A stretch of DNA of 64,000 nucleotides from positions 930,001 to 994,000 of the forward strand of contig NC_047082.1 in assembly GCF_902459465.1 (NCBI RefSeq). Reading direction: 5' to 3'. A program made the position numbers and the translations under genes. The DNA comes from Asterias rubens. Lineage: Eukaryota. This document shows positions 61,959 to 64,000 of the stretch, piece by piece. Position 1 is the first letter of the stretch, and the number at the start of each line of letters is the position of its first letter. The notes below the pieces were generated by a model. That model did not search any database, was not told the DNA's origin, and saw nothing but the letters and a program-made list of their open reading frames with translations.

Positions 61959-61998
61959 CTCGACGTTTCGATCAGGATGCTCCGATGGTCTTCAGGAA
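61959..61998 (-). ncRNA. Penelope-type minimal hammerhead ribozyme motif
   Basis: Minus strand: TTC-CTGAAGA-C-CATCGG agcatc CTGATC-GAA-ACGT-C-GAG. The core boxes are intact, helix III is a palindromic ACGT and helix I has 3 bp. Activity is untested. Confidence 0.5.
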
Positions 61999-62159
61999 AA
62001 CCACTGCGGTTCTTTTTTAGAGCAATCACAACTCATATAGATAATATTGCACGTGCTACCGAACCTTCACTATCGAAATCTGCTTTAGTCTTCTTAACAA
62101 ATGTCTGTATTGCCATTAATTTTAAGAGCAATACCAAATGTATAGGCCACTTTCTCTTT

Positions 62160-62574
62160 TTAAGACTCTGGATACCTTTGGTAATTCTCAATGACCAGTT
62201 TAGTCAATTAGTCAATTCAGTCTCAACATATGCACAAAATAACAAATTTGTGACAATTTGAACTCAATTAGTCGTCGAAGTCGCGAGAGAATAATGAAAG
62301 AAAACTCCCTTATCGCAAAAGTTGTTTGTTTTCAGATGCCTGAATTCGAGACAACAGCTGAGGTCTCGAACTCAAATGTATTTTATACATACATGTATTT
62401 TATATGAGAAATTACTTTTTTTCACATAAACTACGGTACTTCTGACTGAGCCGTTTCTCACAAAGTGTTATACAATAAACAGCTCTCCATTGCTCGTTGC
62501 TAAGTAAGTAAACAATAATTATGCCAACAATTATTTTGGGTAAACAAATTACCAATAGTGTCCCGTGCCTTTAA
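62160..62574. mobile_element. Kolobok-like MITE family A
   Basis: TTAA-flanked TIRs. Further partial family A copies lie at about 8175-8460, 17925-18057, 20915-21075, 21932-22165, 33700-33858 and 59180-59345. Confidence 0.8.
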
Positions 62575-62775
62575 GGGTTCATAATGGCGGTATGGTTGTG
62601 TCGAATTTTGGAGGGTCTGGATGAAGGACTGACTTGGGTGTAAAAGTGGCCAGTGATTTGACTGAAAGGGGTTGATAGGTACATTATCTTGGTTCAATAC
62701 TTTGGATTGAGTGTCAGCAGCTGGTTTGTGTCTGGGAGGGAATTAAGTTTGTCGGAAATTTCAGTACACTTGGGC
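62575..62775 (-). mobile_element. Possible LINE ORF2 3' remnant
   Basis: The minus strand reads PKCTEISDKLNSLPDTNQLLTLNPK, resembling a non-LTR ORF2 tail; short and degenerate. Confidence 0.25.
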
Positions 62776-62789
62776 CTTTATATTAGTTT

Positions 62790-63142
62790 CAAGAAAATAA
62801 CTTTTTATCTTACAGCCTGTAAAATACACAAATTTATATATCAACATTATACACTTCATTTAATAAAAATACAGATAACTTTTTATTTCAAAGCCTGTCA
62901 TTTTACAAATTAATATTTCAATATTAGACATTTCATTAAAAAATATAGATAACTTTTTATTTCAAAGCCTGTCATTTAACAAATTAATATTTCAACATAA
63001 GACATTTCATTAAAAGATATAGGTAACTTTTTATTTCAAGGCCTGTCATTTTTCAAATTAATATCTCAACATTAGACATTTCATTAAAAAATAAAGTTAA
63101 CTTTTTATTTCAAAGCCTGTTATCAAAATTAATATCTCAACA
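62790..63142. repeat. AT-rich 74-bp minisatellite, about 4.7 copies
   Basis: Unit AGATAACTTTTTATTTCAAAGCCTGTCATTT.ACAAATTAATAT.TCAACATTAGACATTTCATTAAAA recurring at 62873, 62947, 63021 and 63095. Confidence 0.9.
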
Positions 63143-64000
63143 TGTCTTTAACAGTAAAGGTGTGCTCGTATATCAATATGATAGGTGATGTTAAAATAAC
63201 GATATTACGGTCCTCTTGCATTGAAATTTGTTTCAATATCTGTAGTAGATTTTTCTGAATTCGGGAAACTTCTTCCTTGTTTTTTACAATTGCTGGGAGA
63301 ACTATGTTGCGGTGCGATTTCACCAAAATATTAAAAATAATTTACTTTCAGGCATTAATAGTTTGTTCAACTTTGCCTAGTAGGTTACGGAAATTTTATT
63401 ATACACTTCTTTTGCATAACAAAGAAAAATAGTTTACGTATACGTCCTGGAAAAAGCTGTAGCCGACAGTAATTTTCTTTGTTAAACACCCTCACTACAC
63501 TCCCCAAATAATAACAATAAACTAATGAATGAATACACATTCTAGAATTCCATTAAGTTATTATATTATTTTGCTCGATGAATTTATAACAATTCGACCC
63601 TGCTATAAATTTTCGTGAAGGAAAATAACACAACAATGCACACATGAATGTCTTTTTCATTGTTTATTTATTCATAAAAAGTGTCGCGTGCCGGAAGCCT
63701 CCCGCCACGCGCCAGCTTTGGACAAGTCTTTTTAGTTAAACTAATTCTAAGGTTAACAGACCTTTTTTTTTTTTGTGTGTGTGAAGGTAGGTGCTGGGTG
63801 TTTACAGAAAACTCGCTAAGTTGCGAACTACATACCCTATTGTGGGCGTTGGTAATGGGTAGGGGGTAAGCATGCGGGTTGGTGCTGACAGGGTGGGATA
63901 GCCAGCATGTGCTATAACCAACATAAAATAAATTAGCATTGATGCAAGGTGTTGTTACGATAACCGTTGTTTGATTGCTAATTCAAGTTAATCCAGGGTC

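Overview
Eukaryotic, AT-rich, intron-containing animal DNA, probably an invertebrate deuterostome such as a sea star (inferred from gene structure and repeat style; not verifiable here). Gene models were built by hand from GT-AG junctions with phase checks. (1) Two tandem minus-strand paralogs (2014-5668 and 9093-12812) encode type I membrane proteins with signal peptide, WSC domain, Sushi/CCP domain, Thr-rich stalk, TM helix and Tyr-rich tails. (2) An intact 11-exon ornithine decarboxylase homolog (16670-21530, +) keeps the PLP lysine but carries D88E, H197Y, R277T and C360G (human ODC numbering), so it looks like an antizyme-inhibitor-like pseudoenzyme. (3) A two-exon orphan secreted protein (22465-26074, -) has a disrupted tandem duplicate (28963-29804). 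(4) A complete CCM2/malcavernin gene lies at 32317-39019 (+). (5) 39-64 kb is mostly non-coding, with GC-rich promoter-like islands and a few candidate exons of an unidentified gene. The window is dense in non-autonomous elements: about 20 copies or fragments of a TTAA-flanked Kolobok-like MITE, several palindromic MITE families, tRNA-derived SINEs, an RTE LINE 3' fragment, and about 8 relics of Penelope-type minimal hammerhead ribozymes. Most ORFs in the supplied track are spurious readings of these repeats.
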